The notes beneath the pieces are model-generated. The model saw only the letters and a program-made list of their open reading frames with translations, did no database searches and was not told the DNA's origin. Positions 10,490 to 20,980 of a stretch of DNA of 64,000 bases are shown here, one piece after another. Source of the stretch: an uncultured virus (IMG/VR IMGVR_UViG_3300011871_000003) (taxonomy: Duplodnaviria; Heunggongvirae; Uroviricota; Caudoviricetes); IMG/VR virus record IMGVR_UViG_3300011871_000003; one strand, given 5' to 3'. The position numbers and the translations under genes were made by a program. Each line of letters starts with the position of its first letter. Position 1 is the stretch's first letter.

Positions 10490-10759
10490 ATGTCAGATAA
10501 TAATACTATGAATAAGATTTTAGTAATTGGAAGTGGTTCTAGAGATGGAATTATTGGTAAAAATCTCATAAAATCACTACAAGAGAAAAATATAAAAGTT
10601 GAAAAAATGATGGGTTTTGATTTTGAAACTCTTTCTGATGTTAATTTCTTTAATATTAAAGGAAAATATAGTATAGAGCCGCCTTTTTATCCCGGTCGAT
10701 CTCGAAAAGATTATAAAGATTTTACGAAAAACTCAAAGCGCTTTCTAAAAGGACGCTAA
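10490..10759 (+). CDS. hypothetical protein
   Basis: 89 aa, AGGA SD, terminator follows. Confidence 0.6.
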   Translation: MSDNNTMNKILVIGSGSRDGIIGKNLIKSLQEKNIKVEKMMGFDFETLSDVNFFNIKGKYSIEPPFYPGRSRKDYKDFTKNSKRFLKGR

Positions 10760-11048
10760 TCATATAAGCTCTGCTAATGCAGAGCTTTTTATTAAATTAA
10801 TATATAGGAAAATATATGGGATTTTCTAATAAAATGTGCATGTTATCAAACACGCCAATAGCAGAAGGTAGTAAGGTTAAGTTATTCTTTTTAGTTGCTG
10901 AAGGAAAATATGGGGCACCTATTTTTAATTACATTTTTGAAAGAATATATTGAAGATCCAGATATAGAACTCACTATTTTCTTTTAAATGACAATAGAAG
11001 CTGTTATACTAGCTCTTATTCGTAAGGGCTTTTTTATTTTGAGGATTT

Positions 11049-11357
11049 ATGAATTTATACCACATTACCAGTAAAAAGAATGCTGACAAAATAGCTGTAG
11101 AAGGTTTTAAACCTCTGATTGGTAAAAATTCTATGGCATTAGGAGAGCCTCAACCAGCAATTTATTTTTTCCCAAGTATAAAAGAAGCAGAAGAAGGGCT
11201 ATCTAATTGGCTTGGAGAACTGTTTGAGGAAGATGAAGAAATCCAGTTGATAACCGTAAATGGTTCTGGATTAACTTTATATTCTGTTATTAGTTTTGAG
11301 GTATTTTGTTTAGAGCCTGTATCAAAAGATAGAATCATCAGTATTCAGGGGGTATGA
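11049..11357 (+). CDS. putative ADP-ribosyltransferase-fold protein
   Basis: LYHITS...I..EGFKP...IYF pattern typical of small ART-like phage proteins. Confidence 0.45.
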   Translation: MNLYHITSKKNADKIAVEGFKPLIGKNSMALGEPQPAIYFFPSIKEAEEGLSNWLGELFEEDEEIQLITVNGSGLTLYSVISFEVFCLEPVSKDRIISIQGV

Positions 11358-11366
11358 GGATATAGT

Positions 11367-11738
11367 ATGCTAATGCAAATTCTACGCTTAGAAATGCCGA
11401 ATGGTGATGGTATTTATAGGAATGCCGAAAAAAGCATATGGAAACGTGTAACAAAAGATTTTGAAGATACCTCTCTTCATCCATTACCTCATCTTGATCC
11501 TAAGTTGCGTTTTGATGATTTATCAGATTATCACTATATTTTCGGATTTGAGAGTGTAGAACATTACCATAAATGGGTCTTCAATCCTTATTGGCGCATT
11601 CAGCTTGGAAAACTTGGAGCTGTTTTATCTACTTATGAAATTGATTCTTCAAATGTAAGGCAAGGATTGTCTCAACTGATTTTTAAAAGAGATAAAGCTA
11701 AATTATTATCCCAAGTAGATCCATTTTTCTTTAAATAA
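11367..11738 (+). CDS. phage hypothetical protein
   Basis: 123 aa, GAGG SD. Confidence 0.7.
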   Translation: MLMQILRLEMPNGDGIYRNAEKSIWKRVTKDFEDTSLHPLPHLDPKLRFDDLSDYHYIFGFESVEHYHKWVFNPYWRIQLGKLGAVLSTYEIDSSNVRQGLSQLIFKRDKAKLLSQVDPFFFK

Positions 11739-11851
11739 AAGGATATCAAATGAGTATTAAACAAGAAATCGCAAACAAATTAAGTGTTTTGATAAAAGAT
11801 AATGATTAAAAAAAATATTCTGGTAAAGATCAGTTTATCCAAAAATATCGT

Positions 11852-11883
11852 AAAACCTCGTTCTTCAGGGCGTGGAGTTGTCA
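11852..11883 (+). mobile_element. possible IS200/IS605-family end remnant
   Basis: AAACCTCGTTCTTCAGGGCGTGGAGTTGTCA resembles the subterminal hairpin of TnpB-carrying IS ends; no transposase nearby. Confidence 0.3.
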
Positions 11884-11990
11884 ATAAGATTAGCGGAATA
11901 AAATAAAATAATAAGGCTATGCTTTAAAATAATTGTATAAAGATAAATCATATATTATACTGACATAATAATATGGGTAGGTGGAATAAT

Positions 11991-13149
11991 ATGTTAAAAA
12001 CAAAAAATAAAGTAGAGTTTGAAACCAAATCTAGAAGTTTGAATAAGACACTTAAGAAAAAAAGTATACTGAAAACAATAGCTATGGGATTTGCTATGAT
12101 TGTTGGATCTATCGCTGCCTACGATGTCGCTATAACTGCTTCCAATATAAAACATACAACATTTATAGTAGATTATAAAGTAGCAAATGATGCGAAATTA
12201 AATGATTACAGCACATTTAAAAAAATGATATCTGCTGTTCCGTATTCTGATGCTGATTTTAAAAGAGATCTGTTAACTTTTGAATATATTTATGGTTATA
12301 AAGGTGGTGATAATCCAGCATTTCAAAAAGCCTTTATGTTCAATAAAGGAAACGGAGTTAGTTTAAATAGAATAATGTCAGTTAATATGAAGATAAATAA
12401 TCCTATAGCATATTATAGTGAACTAGAATTATTAACCAGAAATCACTCTGAAAAAGAAGTATTCGATAATAATAAGTATCCAGAGTTTAATAAAAAAATC
12501 CAAGAAGTTTATAAGAAAAATACAAAACATAAAGCAGATTTGAATGATGTTAGATTAATGAAAAGTGTGTACAGTAATTTTATTTTAAATGATACTTTTT
12601 ATTATAAAAGTGACAAAAAGATGTATGATAATTTAAAGCAAATATTAATTGAAAATGGATTTGATGGACAAACTTTTTTTATAGATAAGAGTTATATAAA
12701 AAATATAAATGATGTTATTAAGAAAACGAATTATGATTATAATAGTCCAGAAATAAAAAAAGTTTACAAGCAAAATGATGAAGTCGTTAATTCAATAAAT
12801 CAGAGAGTAAAAACTTATTATGAGAATGGAAATTATGATAAACTAAAAGAAAATGCTCAGAACATCATCGGGATGAGATTAGTTACGCCTCAAACTTCAG
12901 CAGAAGGCAAATTNNNNNNNNNNAGAAGATCCAGTGAGAAAAATGGCAGGTAACTATGTTTTAGGAACTCCGATTTATATGACTATAGATTATATGATGA
13001 ATAAAAAAGATGTTGATGAAGAAGATGTTAATGAAGAAGATAATCCAATAATAAATCAGGCAAAATTTTATGAAAAATATTTTGGAAATCTAACACCAGA
13101 AAAGGAAAAGTATTACAAAGAGGGTTATGATTATATATTGTTTATGTAA
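11991..13149 (+). CDS. membrane-anchored hypothetical protein, paralog family B (copy 1), split by N gap at 12914-12923
   Basis: Both pieces align colinearly with the intact 13201 ORF (VPYSDADFKRDLLTFEY; GNLT.EKE.YY..GY). Confidence 0.75.
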
Positions 13150-13200
13150 AAAATATAGCAATATTGAATATTAAGTTATTTAAAAAATAGGTAAAATAAT

Positions 13201-14295
13201 ATGCTAAAAACCAAAAATAAAGTAGAGTTTGAAAGTCGATCTAAAACTTTAAATCAAAATATAAGAAAAAGAAGCAAACTAAAAAAAATGGCTATAGGTT
13301 TTGCTATGGTGATTAGTTCTATTGCTGCATATGATGTAGCTGTTACTGCGACTAATATTCACCATATCAACTCGACCATAAACTATAAAGTAGAAAATAA
13401 TGCTAAACTGGATAATTATAATTATTTTAAAGAGCAAATGTCTACGGTTCCCTATTCTGATGCCGATTTCAAAAGAGATTTGTTAACATTCGAATATATG
13501 TATGGCTATAAAGGTGGTGATAATCCAGCTTTTCAAAAAGCTTCAAACTTTAAGAAAGATAGTGGGATAATGTTAAAAGCCATGCTATCTCTAAATAGTC
13601 AGTATGCCAATCCCGGATTAGTATATAGTGAGTTAAATAACATTACAAAAAATCATTCTGAAAAAGAAGTGTTTGATTATGATAAATATCCAGAATTGAA
13701 TCAAAAAATATCTCAAGTATACGAAAAAGATAAAATATATAAAAAAACATTCGATGATGTTAACATGAGAAAACAAATGTCTACCTACTTTATGATTTCA
13801 ACAGATTATAATGCACAAACTGAAAGGCATGTATATGATAATTTAGGGAAGTTATTAGTTGAAAATGGATTTAATAAAGATATTTATTTCCCTGATAAAG
13901 ATTATTTAAAGAAAAAGAATGACGCATATAAGCAATATGGATATAATAGTAAAGAAGAAAAAAGAGTAGATGAAGAAAACATAGAAATAATTAATACGCT
14001 AAATGCAGATATAAAACATTACTATGAGACTGGAAATTATGATAAACTAAGGGAATTGTTTAAAATTGGTAATAGCTTCATGCATGTAGTAGCTATAGAT
14101 CCAATCAATGAAGTAGGAAATAATTATAATATAGGACTTCCTGTTTATACAATATTAGACTACGCTATAAATAAAAATGATCCTATGGATAAAGTAATTT
14201 CTCAGGCTCAATACGTTGAAAAAAATTGGGGCAATCTAACAAAAGAGAAAGAAGAATATTATAATAAAGGTTATTTTGAAATTTTATTCAGATAA
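13201..14295 (+). CDS. membrane-anchored hypothetical protein, paralog family B (copy 2)
   Basis: 364 aa; single N-terminal hydrophobic helix; tandem paralog of the 11991 gene. Confidence 0.8.
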   Translation: MLKTKNKVEFESRSKTLNQNIRKRSKLKKMAIGFAMVISSIAAYDVAVTATNIHHINSTINYKVENNAKLDNYNYFKEQMSTVPYSDADFKRDLLTFEYMYGYKGGDNPAFQKASNFKKDSGIMLKAMLSLNSQYANPGLVYSELNNITKNHSEKEVFDYDKYPELNQKISQVYEKDKIYKKTFDDVNMRKQMSTYFMISTDYNAQTERHVYDNLGKLLVENGFNKDIYFPDKDYLKKKNDAYKQYGYNSKEEKRVDEENIEIINTLNADIKHYYETGNYDKLRELFKIGNSFMHVVAIDPINEVGNNYNIGLPVYTILDYAINKNDPMDKVISQAQYVEKNWGNLTKEKEEYYNKGYFEILFR

Positions 14296-14557
14296 AAAAT
14301 GAGGAAAAATAATGAAAGAAGATAAAATGGTAAGCAACGAAACAAAAGTTGATGTAAGGATTGCTGTAAAAACAGGGAAAACGGGAAGAGGTAAAGTGCT
14401 CGAAGCTAAAGTTTTAAAAGAAAGGCTTGAGGAAAGGAAGAGATTAGGTTTATCATAATAATCAGTATAAAAGACACATTCCGATGTGTCTTTTTGCTTG
14501 TTCAGGACTAAGTTTTTTGCTACAATGTTGACATATTAACGATGACGAGAAACCAAA

Positions 14558-15076
14558 ATGTCTAAGCTTAAAGCAAAACTTTTTTCTTTAGTAAAATCCT
14601 TCTTTAATGAAGAAATTAATGCTGAAAAATCTATGTCTTTCCGTTTAGGTATGGAAGAACAAAGAGAAACAAGTTTTAAAAGACGTTCTGAAATTAAACG
14701 TATAGAAATAGAAATGATGGTGGGTAAGCCAGTTATCTATATTTCAAATGAATGGAATGATCCTGTTGTGGGATTTGGTATTAATACATTTGATATAGGA
14801 TCTTCATGTGTATTAGTGATTAAAGATTACATCACTGGCAAAGATTTAACAGTTATGTCTACAGCTCATAATTATAGTGACACCTTGTTAAATGCTGTTT
14901 TAAAGCTTAATCCATTTGAAGCTGGATCTATGATTTACCATAATCATGATTGGTCATATGAACATGAAAAATATGGTGAATACAGTGGTGAAGAATATCT
15001 GAGAGAAAAACTTAAATCATCTGGATTCTTTGAAGACCTTAAAAAGTATAAGGAAACAAAAAATAGCAACAGTTGA
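14558..15076 (+). CDS. hypothetical protein
   Basis: 172 aa ORF. Confidence 0.75.
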   Translation: MSKLKAKLFSLVKSFFNEEINAEKSMSFRLGMEEQRETSFKRRSEIKRIEIEMMVGKPVIYISNEWNDPVVGFGINTFDIGSSCVLVIKDYITGKDLTVMSTAHNYSDTLLNAVLKLNPFEAGSMIYHNHDWSYEHEKYGEYSGEEYLREKLKSSGFFEDLKKYKETKNSNS

Positions 15077-15219
15077 AAAGTTTAATTTAAATTTTAATGG
15101 TGAAGTGTTTCAGATTGAACGTGGTGATTTCAACGAAATTAAAACTAAAAGTAATGATGCTTCATATATTAAACTTTTAAACAAAATCAATAACATTATT
15201 AGCCAATAAGGATAATTAA

Positions 15220-15585
15220 ATGAAAGTTTGGATCGATGATGAACGCAACCCTAAAGATTATCTTTCAGAAAAAGATGCTGAAAGTGTTATTTGGATTAAA
15301 GAAATTCGTGAAGCATTGAATTTATTTCTAAAGAAATCAGAAGAAATTGAAGTTTTGTATCTAGATTATTACATGGATAGTCCTGTTATTTTTGGTTCTG
15401 AATTTGTTTTCTATGCAAAACGCGGTGGAAAGAAAATGTTTCCTAACCTAAAATCTATTTATCTTCATTCAAACGATGATGATGCTATTGATGAACTAAT
15501 GGAATTAGCTCCAAATTTAGAAAATCAAGGGATTAGTCTCGAAGTTGCGCCTTATCGTAATAAAAAAGGAAATTGCCGTGGATAA
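15220..15585 (+). CDS. cyclic-phosphate-processing receiver-domain protein (copy 1)
   Basis: KVWIDDERNP, LYLDYYMD, IYLHSND motifs. Confidence 0.6.
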   Translation: MKVWIDDERNPKDYLSEKDAESVIWIKEIREALNLFLKKSEEIEVLYLDYYMDSPVIFGSEFVFYAKRGGKKMFPNLKSIYLHSNDDDAIDELMELAPNLENQGISLEVAPYRNKKGNCRG

Positions 15586-15937
15586 TAAAAATATCTGGAT
15601 TGATGATACACGTAATCCTCATCATTTTTTGCCAAAAACAGAAGCAGAAAATGTTTTGTGGTTGAAAAATATTCGCCAAGCTATTCAGTATGTATCAGAG
15701 CATTCAAAAGAAATTGAAGTATTATATCTTGATTATTATATGGATGATAACTTTCTTTTTGGTTCTGAATTCGTTTACGAGGTTTTATACAGTGGACGAG
15801 AAGGATATCCTCTGCTGAAAACTATCTATCTACATTCCAGTGACGACAATGTTATTGAAGATTTAATGCAACATGAAGAAGAATTTAAAGAAATGGATAT
15901 TTCTTTAGTTATTGCCCCTTATCGCAGAGATTATTAA
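15578..15937 (+). CDS. cyclic-phosphate-processing receiver-domain protein (copy 2)
   Basis: IWIDDTRNP, LYLDYYMD, IYLHSSD; GTG start after AAGGA. Confidence 0.6.
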   Translation: MDNKNIWIDDTRNPHHFLPKTEAENVLWLKNIRQAIQYVSEHSKEIEVLYLDYYMDDNFLFGSEFVYEVLYSGREGYPLLKTIYLHSSDDNVIEDLMQHEEEFKEMDISLVIAPYRRDY

Positions 15938-16197
15938 TCAGGAGTCATAATGAGAAAAGTATATGGTAATACAACCAAAGATATTGAANNNNNNNNNNNN
16001 NNNNNNNNNNNNNNNNNNNNNNNNNNNNNNNNNNNNNNNNNNNNNNNNNNNNNNNNNNNNNNNNTAGAAAAAAGAAAGAGACTCCCGTTACCTTTATGTT
16101 TTATAAGAACTTTTAGTTTATTTTTTCATGATTTTTTGCTTGTGCATGACCACGTTTTTTGATAAAATAAGTCATCTAAACGAATGAGGATTAACGA

Positions 16198-16734
16198 ATG
16201 AACATGAAAGTAACAGAGTCAGATGCTATTGCTCTTAAACGTGCTGAAGCAGCTCGCGCTATTGATGGTCATAATGCTGTTATTGCTTATTGTGAAATGA
16301 CAAAAGATCGTGTTAAGGATGTTGAATACAATGCCAAAACTCGTGATTTCGTAAAAGCTATTGCTGCTGAATTGTCTGAAAAATATCGTGATTTTCGTAG
16401 TTACATGCTGAAAAGCTGTAAAAAAGTGGATTTGATTGCAACGATTGTAAAAGTATGTGATCGTACAATTGATATTGAAAATGAAAGAATGGCAAATACT
16501 TTAGCTTCTCTGGAAAAAATTAAAGAAAGAGAAAAAGAACATGCTATTTATGAATCTCGCCGTGCTCTTGTTGATCGTGTAATGCCTTATGAAAATGAAT
16601 ACATTAAAAGTTCTGATAACGCTCGTAAAGCTATGCGTGAATGGGATTGTCTGATTGGTTGTATTGAGAGTGGTCATATCACAGAAGAAAACCTTCATGA
16701 ATATGGAATTGATTTGTCAGTTCCAGCAGAATAA
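16198..16734 (+). CDS. hypothetical coiled-coil protein
   Basis: 178 aa, GAGG SD, promoter at 16140. Confidence 0.75.
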   Translation: MNMKVTESDAIALKRAEAARAIDGHNAVIAYCEMTKDRVKDVEYNAKTRDFVKAIAAELSEKYRDFRSYMLKSCKKVDLIATIVKVCDRTIDIENERMANTLASLEKIKEREKEHAIYESRRALVDRVMPYENEYIKSSDNARKAMREWDCLIGCIESGHITEENLHEYGIDLSVPAE

Positions 16735-16765
16735 AATGAAAAAAGCCTCTTAGGAGGCTTTTTAT

Positions 16766-17155
16766 TTAAGATATTGCGGTAAATCTTTTCCCAACTGGAC
16801 TAAAATTCATTTTTCCCCAAACAGGAAAAGCAAGAAGAAATTCTTTAGCAAACTCTTCAGTGCGTTGGAAAAAGGTATCGTCATCTTTGACATCAGGAAC
16901 ATCCCAAAGCTCCCCTTCATAAAAATGATCACGAACTTCACTATTTTTGTTATGAATTAAAAATAAAACTGCACTATATTCATCAACAATTTCTGTAGTT
17001 AGATAAACTCCATATTTTTTTGCTATTTCACGACTTTTTGGTGCATCAATGTAAGTTTTTTTTACATGTTTGGCATAATCATATATATCTTCCTCTTCAT
17101 CTCCACCACCAATATTAACAAAACGATTAAGTGTTGCACTAGTCCAAAGTCCCAT
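16766..17155 (-). CDS. hypothetical protein
   Basis: 129 aa, AGGAG SD. Confidence 0.7.
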   Translation of the reverse strand: MGLWTSATLNRFVNIGGGDEEEDIYDYAKHVKKTYIDAPKSREIAKKYGVYLTTEIVDEYSAVLFLIHNKNSEVRDHFYEGELWDVPDVKDDDTFFQRTEEFAKEFLLAFPVWGKMNFSPVGKRFTAIS

Positions 17156-17343
17156 ATTTTATTCTCCTATTTATTTTATTTGAGTTATTTTTGTATAGAT
17201 ATAGTATTTTATTTTTCACAAAAAATAAAATTTAAATTTTAAACAAATTGTGATATTGAATAATGCTTATTGATAATATAAATTTACTTTTTTATTTCTA
17301 TGATGTTAGAATATATAAATTAAATAAAAAATGAGGTTTAAAT

Positions 17344-17523
17344 ATGAATAAAAGAATCGCATTAAGAGGAAAAAAGATAAATAAAATAGAATATATTGGA
17401 GTTCCATTATCTCATGATGAAATTAAAAGAAGACAAAAGATAGTGGATGAAAATAAAATAAAGGTTTTATCTAACACATCAGGTATACCATTAAATATAT
17501 TAAAAATATTTTTTCCTGATTAA
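17344..17523 (+). CDS. small basic hypothetical protein (59 aa)
   Basis: Manual translation MNKRIALRGKK...; GAGG SD. Confidence 0.5.
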   Translation: MNKRIALRGKKINKIEYIGVPLSHDEIKRRQKIVDENKIKVLSNTSGIPLNILKIFFPD

Positions 17524-17620
17524 ATAAAAAATCTATTATTGTAAAAAAACTTGTACAATATAGCATACTTTGCTATTATTCTTGTTAGGGGGTTCGATAC
17601 TCTTTCACAAACACCAAAAA

Positions 17621-17716
17621 AAGCCGTGGCAAGCTGATAGATGCGCGAATGATTCGAATAAGGGATAATAGTAGAGCGCATAATCCAGTATCCCTGAGAA
17701 ACCCGAAGCGGCTTTC
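17621..17716 (+). ncRNA. candidate structured leader RNA (possible pseudoknot)
   Basis: AAAGCCG/CGGCTTT closing stem; crossed internal pairings ATGCGC/GCGCAT and AGGGATA/TATCCCT. Confidence 0.4.
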
Positions 17717-17744
17717 ATCCATAAAAAACCTAAAAGGATATCCA

Positions 17745-18485
17745 ATGCGAATCAATAAAACCTATAACTTAGGATCAGATGAAAACATATCCAATCATAT
17801 CCTTGAAGGAAATGTAGAGGTCTCTTGCATTTCTCCATTTTTAAATAACCTCTCGTTCAGTCTGACTGAACTTAAAAATTTTCACGAAGTAGAGCCAGAA
17901 TACATTCAAGTTGATTTTGATAGATGGCAAAAAATTGTAGATAACAACAAAACTTGTTTAGTTGCTTTCTCTGCTATGCGAGAATTAAAGAATTTTGCAA
18001 AAGATGATATTTATTTTGAAGATAATGGGGTGTTAAGCATTTCTTTCCAAAAAGAAAAGCAGGGTAAAGATAAAGCGTTAGCTGTGGCATTGATGATGCC
18101 TTTTGGTATTATTGAACAAAAAGAAAAGGTAGAAGCAGAAGATAAATCAAAAGTAAATTCTGGATGGGTGCTTGAAGAAGGAGCTTTAATAGCAACAAGT
18201 TTTGGAATGAAAATTATTATTGAAGAACCTTTAAAGATTAAGATTTTTTCAATGATTTCAGAACACGTCAATCAGTATATCGATGCTGTTGAAGAAAACG
18301 TAGAAAGAACATTAAATAAATATTCTCCATTCCTTCGCTTGATGAAAGTCCAAGAACACATGCCAATAATCAGGGAGATTGTTGAGGAAGTTTATAAGGA
18401 AGAAGCTGGTTATTATTATGATGAGAATAAAGTTGGTGATTTAATGAAAGATGTATTAGGTATGAAAAATATCCGATGCATTTAA
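17745..18485 (+). CDS. hypothetical protein, paralog family A (copy 3)
   Basis: GNVEVSCISPFLNNL and IFSMISEHVNQYID match the 510 and 1355 ORFs; AAGGA SD supports start 17745. Confidence 0.8.
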   Translation: MRINKTYNLGSDENISNHILEGNVEVSCISPFLNNLSFSLTELKNFHEVEPEYIQVDFDRWQKIVDNNKTCLVAFSAMRELKNFAKDDIYFEDNGVLSISFQKEKQGKDKALAVALMMPFGIIEQKEKVEAEDKSKVNSGWVLEEGALIATSFGMKIIIEEPLKIKIFSMISEHVNQYIDAVEENVERTLNKYSPFLRLMKVQEHMPIIREIVEEVYKEEAGYYYDENKVGDLMKDVLGMKNIRCI

Positions 18486-18521
18486 CTTTTTTCTATAATA
18501 ATAATAATAATAAGGTTTATC

Positions 18522-18914
18522 ATGACTAATACCAGACAAGATAATATATATATGCATGCTCATGGATTTTGTAATATTTTTGCTATCTATGCTTCAAAAA
18601 TCAAAAAGCTAGAATGTCATGCTATTATTCGATATAGTGATGAGACCATTGACGATATAGGAGAAGGATTTCCTATACTGATTCATGCTTTTCTCAAAGT
18701 AAATGATAAGTTAGGATTTGATGCTTATGGTTTTAGATCTATAGAAAAAATTTACAACGACTATGGTGAGCCAGATGATTACACTTATCATTTGATCGAA
18801 GATGCTTATGACTTTCTATGCGAAAAGAGCACAAGAGATTGTTTTGGAACTCTTTCACCATATCAGATTAACAAGCTGACAATACCTTTAATAAAGTCTT
18901 ATTTTCTTAAATGA
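18522..18914 (+). CDS. phage hypothetical protein
   Basis: 130 aa; G.C.IFA...HAF...DAYG motif. Confidence 0.7.
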   Translation: MTNTRQDNIYMHAHGFCNIFAIYASKIKKLECHAIIRYSDETIDDIGEGFPILIHAFLKVNDKLGFDAYGFRSIEKIYNDYGEPDDYTYHLIEDAYDFLCEKSTRDCFGTLSPYQINKLTIPLIKSYFLK

Positions 18915-18978
18915 AATGATAAAATTAGAAAAGCCAATACTAGTGTATTGGCTTTTATGTTAGATATAACGTTTTAAG

Positions 18979-19266
18979 TTATACTTCTTGCATTTTTGAC
19001 TCAAAAATATTTAAAAAGGCACGACGTTCAGAAGGACGATATAAATCAAACTCGTATTCTTGTGAGTTAGCCCAACGATCAAAATCAGATTTTGAACAAC
19101 TAAATTGAGCAGAACCATTATCAAGAAAACGAATCAAACAACTTCCAAAATCAAGTGAATAACGTTCTTCTTCGCTAATACCTAACCATTGAAAAAGTTC
19201 TTCTAATGGCATTTTAATATTTTTACGACAAATCTCAAAAACACTCATTTCAATTTCATTTTTCAT
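18979..19266 (-). CDS. hypothetical protein
   Basis: 95 aa, GGAG SD. Confidence 0.7.
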   Translation of the reverse strand: MKNEIEMSVFEICRKNIKMPLEELFQWLGISEEERYSLDFGSCLIRFLDNGSAQFSCSKSDFDRWANSQEYEFDLYRPSERRAFLNIFESKMQEV

Positions 19267-19472
19267 ACACGATTCTCCAATTAAAGTTTAATTAAAGAGT
19301 CGTTAGCTCAGTATGATTTTTTACATCAGAGCTATAATAAAATAGATGAGGTGTGAGAGTCAATAGATTTTTATAGTTTAATAAAACAAATAGTTGTTGT
19401 ACATCTGACACATTCTTGTTATACTATTTTTTGATTTTATGTTTCTAACTATAACTTTTATCAGGAGTTTTT

Positions 19473-19790
19473 ATGAAAAAAATATTTATGGCTTGTCTTA
19501 TCTGTGCATCAATTTTTGCTTTATCTGGTTGTGAAAAGAGAACCGAAGAAGCAAGCAGTAACTTCATTTTGCCCGAAGGTATGAAAGATTGTGTTATTTA
19601 TAAAATGAATAATGAAAGTGGTATTGTAATCTATGCTATCCGCTGCCCTCTTTCAACTACAACTACAACGATGTTAGGTAAAGTAAATAGTCAGGTAGTA
19701 GTAACAGAAGAAAAAACTAAAGTAGAAACAGCTCCAGTAAAACCTAAAGAAGAAATTGTTGTTAATGGCAAGCATTTTATTGAGAAATAA
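19473..19790 (+). CDS. lipoprotein
   Basis: Lipobox LSGC after a hydrophobic leader. Confidence 0.75.
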   Translation: MKKIFMACLICASIFALSGCEKRTEEASSNFILPEGMKDCVIYKMNNESGIVIYAIRCPLSTTTTTMLGKVNSQVVVTEEKTKVETAPVKPKEEIVVNGKHFIEK

Positions 19791-19883
19791 GAAATAGCAT
19801 AAAAAGAGTTGTGCATAATAATAGAATCAGCTATAGTGGTTTTATAGAGATATCTAATAAAATCTGATTTTGAGGAAAAATAA

Positions 19884-20261
19884 ATGATTAGTATTCATGA
19901 GTTTAAAAATGTAAAACAGTTTGAAGAAGCTATAGAAAAAGAATTTAAAAAGAAAATCTTTCCAATTTCCAAAAAATGGGTCGTAGGTGGTCAAGAAGGA
20001 GGTTCTTGTTGGAATGCAGATCATCATCATTCAGTTTCAGCCGAACCAGAGCCAGAAGATCCAATGGTATTTATTGAATTACTTGAAATGGTTTGTCCAA
20101 ACTTAACATTTTTACAATTTAAAAAGCTTGAGCAGAAATCATTATGGGATATCAGTGAAAAAACTAATTATGAATATTATGGTAACTCCACTGATTATAT
20201 GATTAAAAAGTTGAATACTCAAAATCTGTTTGATGGTTTAAAAGAAATTATACCAGAATAA
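19884..20261 (+). CDS. phage hypothetical protein
   Basis: 125 aa; GG..GGSCW and EYYGN motifs. Confidence 0.75.
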   Translation: MISIHEFKNVKQFEEAIEKEFKKKIFPISKKWVVGGQEGGSCWNADHHHSVSAEPEPEDPMVFIELLEMVCPNLTFLQFKKLEQKSLWDISEKTNYEYYGNSTDYMIKKLNTQNLFDGLKEIIPE

Positions 20262-20273
20262 AAAGGGTTTAAT

Positions 20274-20684
20274 ATGAGAAATATTAAAGTTGTTTTCTAT
20301 GTTGGTTTACCCGGATCAGGGAAAACAACTTTATTATCAAAAATAAAAAAAGGTTTTGTCATTGATGATTTTTCTTTAAATATTGACAAGTTAAATGCTT
20401 TCAAAGCTTCAGAAGAAGAAACCCTATATATTGCTGATCCAATGTTGTGTACGGTAACTATGGAAAAAGCAGAAAGTTCTTTAAATAAAATGTTATTGGG
20501 ATTAATGATAAAAGAAACAGAATGGATTTTTTTCGAAAATAATTTAGAAAATTGTTGGTATAACGTTGAAAACCGTAACGACAATAGAGAAATTAATAAA
20601 GGTTTTATGGAGTATTTATCTAAAAAATATAAAGAAAATTATAGTTTAGAAAATACAATTGCTGTATATAAAAAGGATAATTGA
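20274..20684 (+). CDS. P-loop kinase-like protein (polynucleotide kinase/AAA_33-like)
   Basis: VGLPGSGKT Walker A at the N-terminus; C...V..R lid-like segment. Confidence 0.6.
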   Translation: MRNIKVVFYVGLPGSGKTTLLSKIKKGFVIDDFSLNIDKLNAFKASEEETLYIADPMLCTVTMEKAESSLNKMLLGLMIKETEWIFFENNLENCWYNVENRNDNREINKGFMEYLSKKYKENYSLENTIAVYKKDN

Positions 20685-20692
20685 AAAAGTTC

Positions 20693-20721
20693 TTGCACTA
20701 CAGATAGTGTTTTGCTAGAAT
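20693..20721 (+). promoter_or_regulatory. promoter at the start of the RNA cluster
   Basis: TTGCAC-N17-TAGAAT with extended -10; further promoters at 21129 and 21434. Confidence 0.65.
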
Positions 20722-20747
20722 CATTTCTGTAGTGACAAGTAAAACGT

Positions 20748-20821
20748 GTCTTTGTAGCTTAACGGTAGAGCAGGAGTCTCTAAAACTCTGGATGTGGGTT
20801 CGATTCCCTCCATTGACACCA
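20748..20821 (+). tRNA. tRNA with CUA anticodon (amber suppressor candidate)
   Basis: Cloverleaf with GGAGT-CTCTAAA-ACTCT anticodon arm, TTCGA T-loop and encoded CCA; two U-U mismatches in the acceptor stem and one in the T stem. Confidence 0.75.
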
Positions 20822-20826
20822 AGAAT

Positions 20827-20976
20827 AGGAGAAGCATAGGCACACATTTTCTTAGCTAGCGCTGGTGAAGTTAATGTGGAAGGTAGGTATCCTTTGGTCT
20901 ATGAATAAAGAACAATGTTGAGTCGCTCTCAATAATGTTATTTATCAAGTGAGGTTCGATCCCTCTACTCCTGCCA
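20827..20976 (+). ncRNA. 150-nt tRNA-like RNA with enlarged D and anticodon arms
   Basis: AGGAGAAG/CTACTCCT acceptor-like stem, GAGG-TTCGATC-CCTC T arm, G-CCA end; CATAGGC/GTCTATG and TTGAG/CTCAA stems. Confidence 0.6.
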
Positions 20977-20980
20977 TATT

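Noticed and set aside
17635..17702. Hammerhead ribozyme (CTGATAGA...GAAA)
   Set aside because: The core deviates from CUGANGA and stems I-III could not be built.
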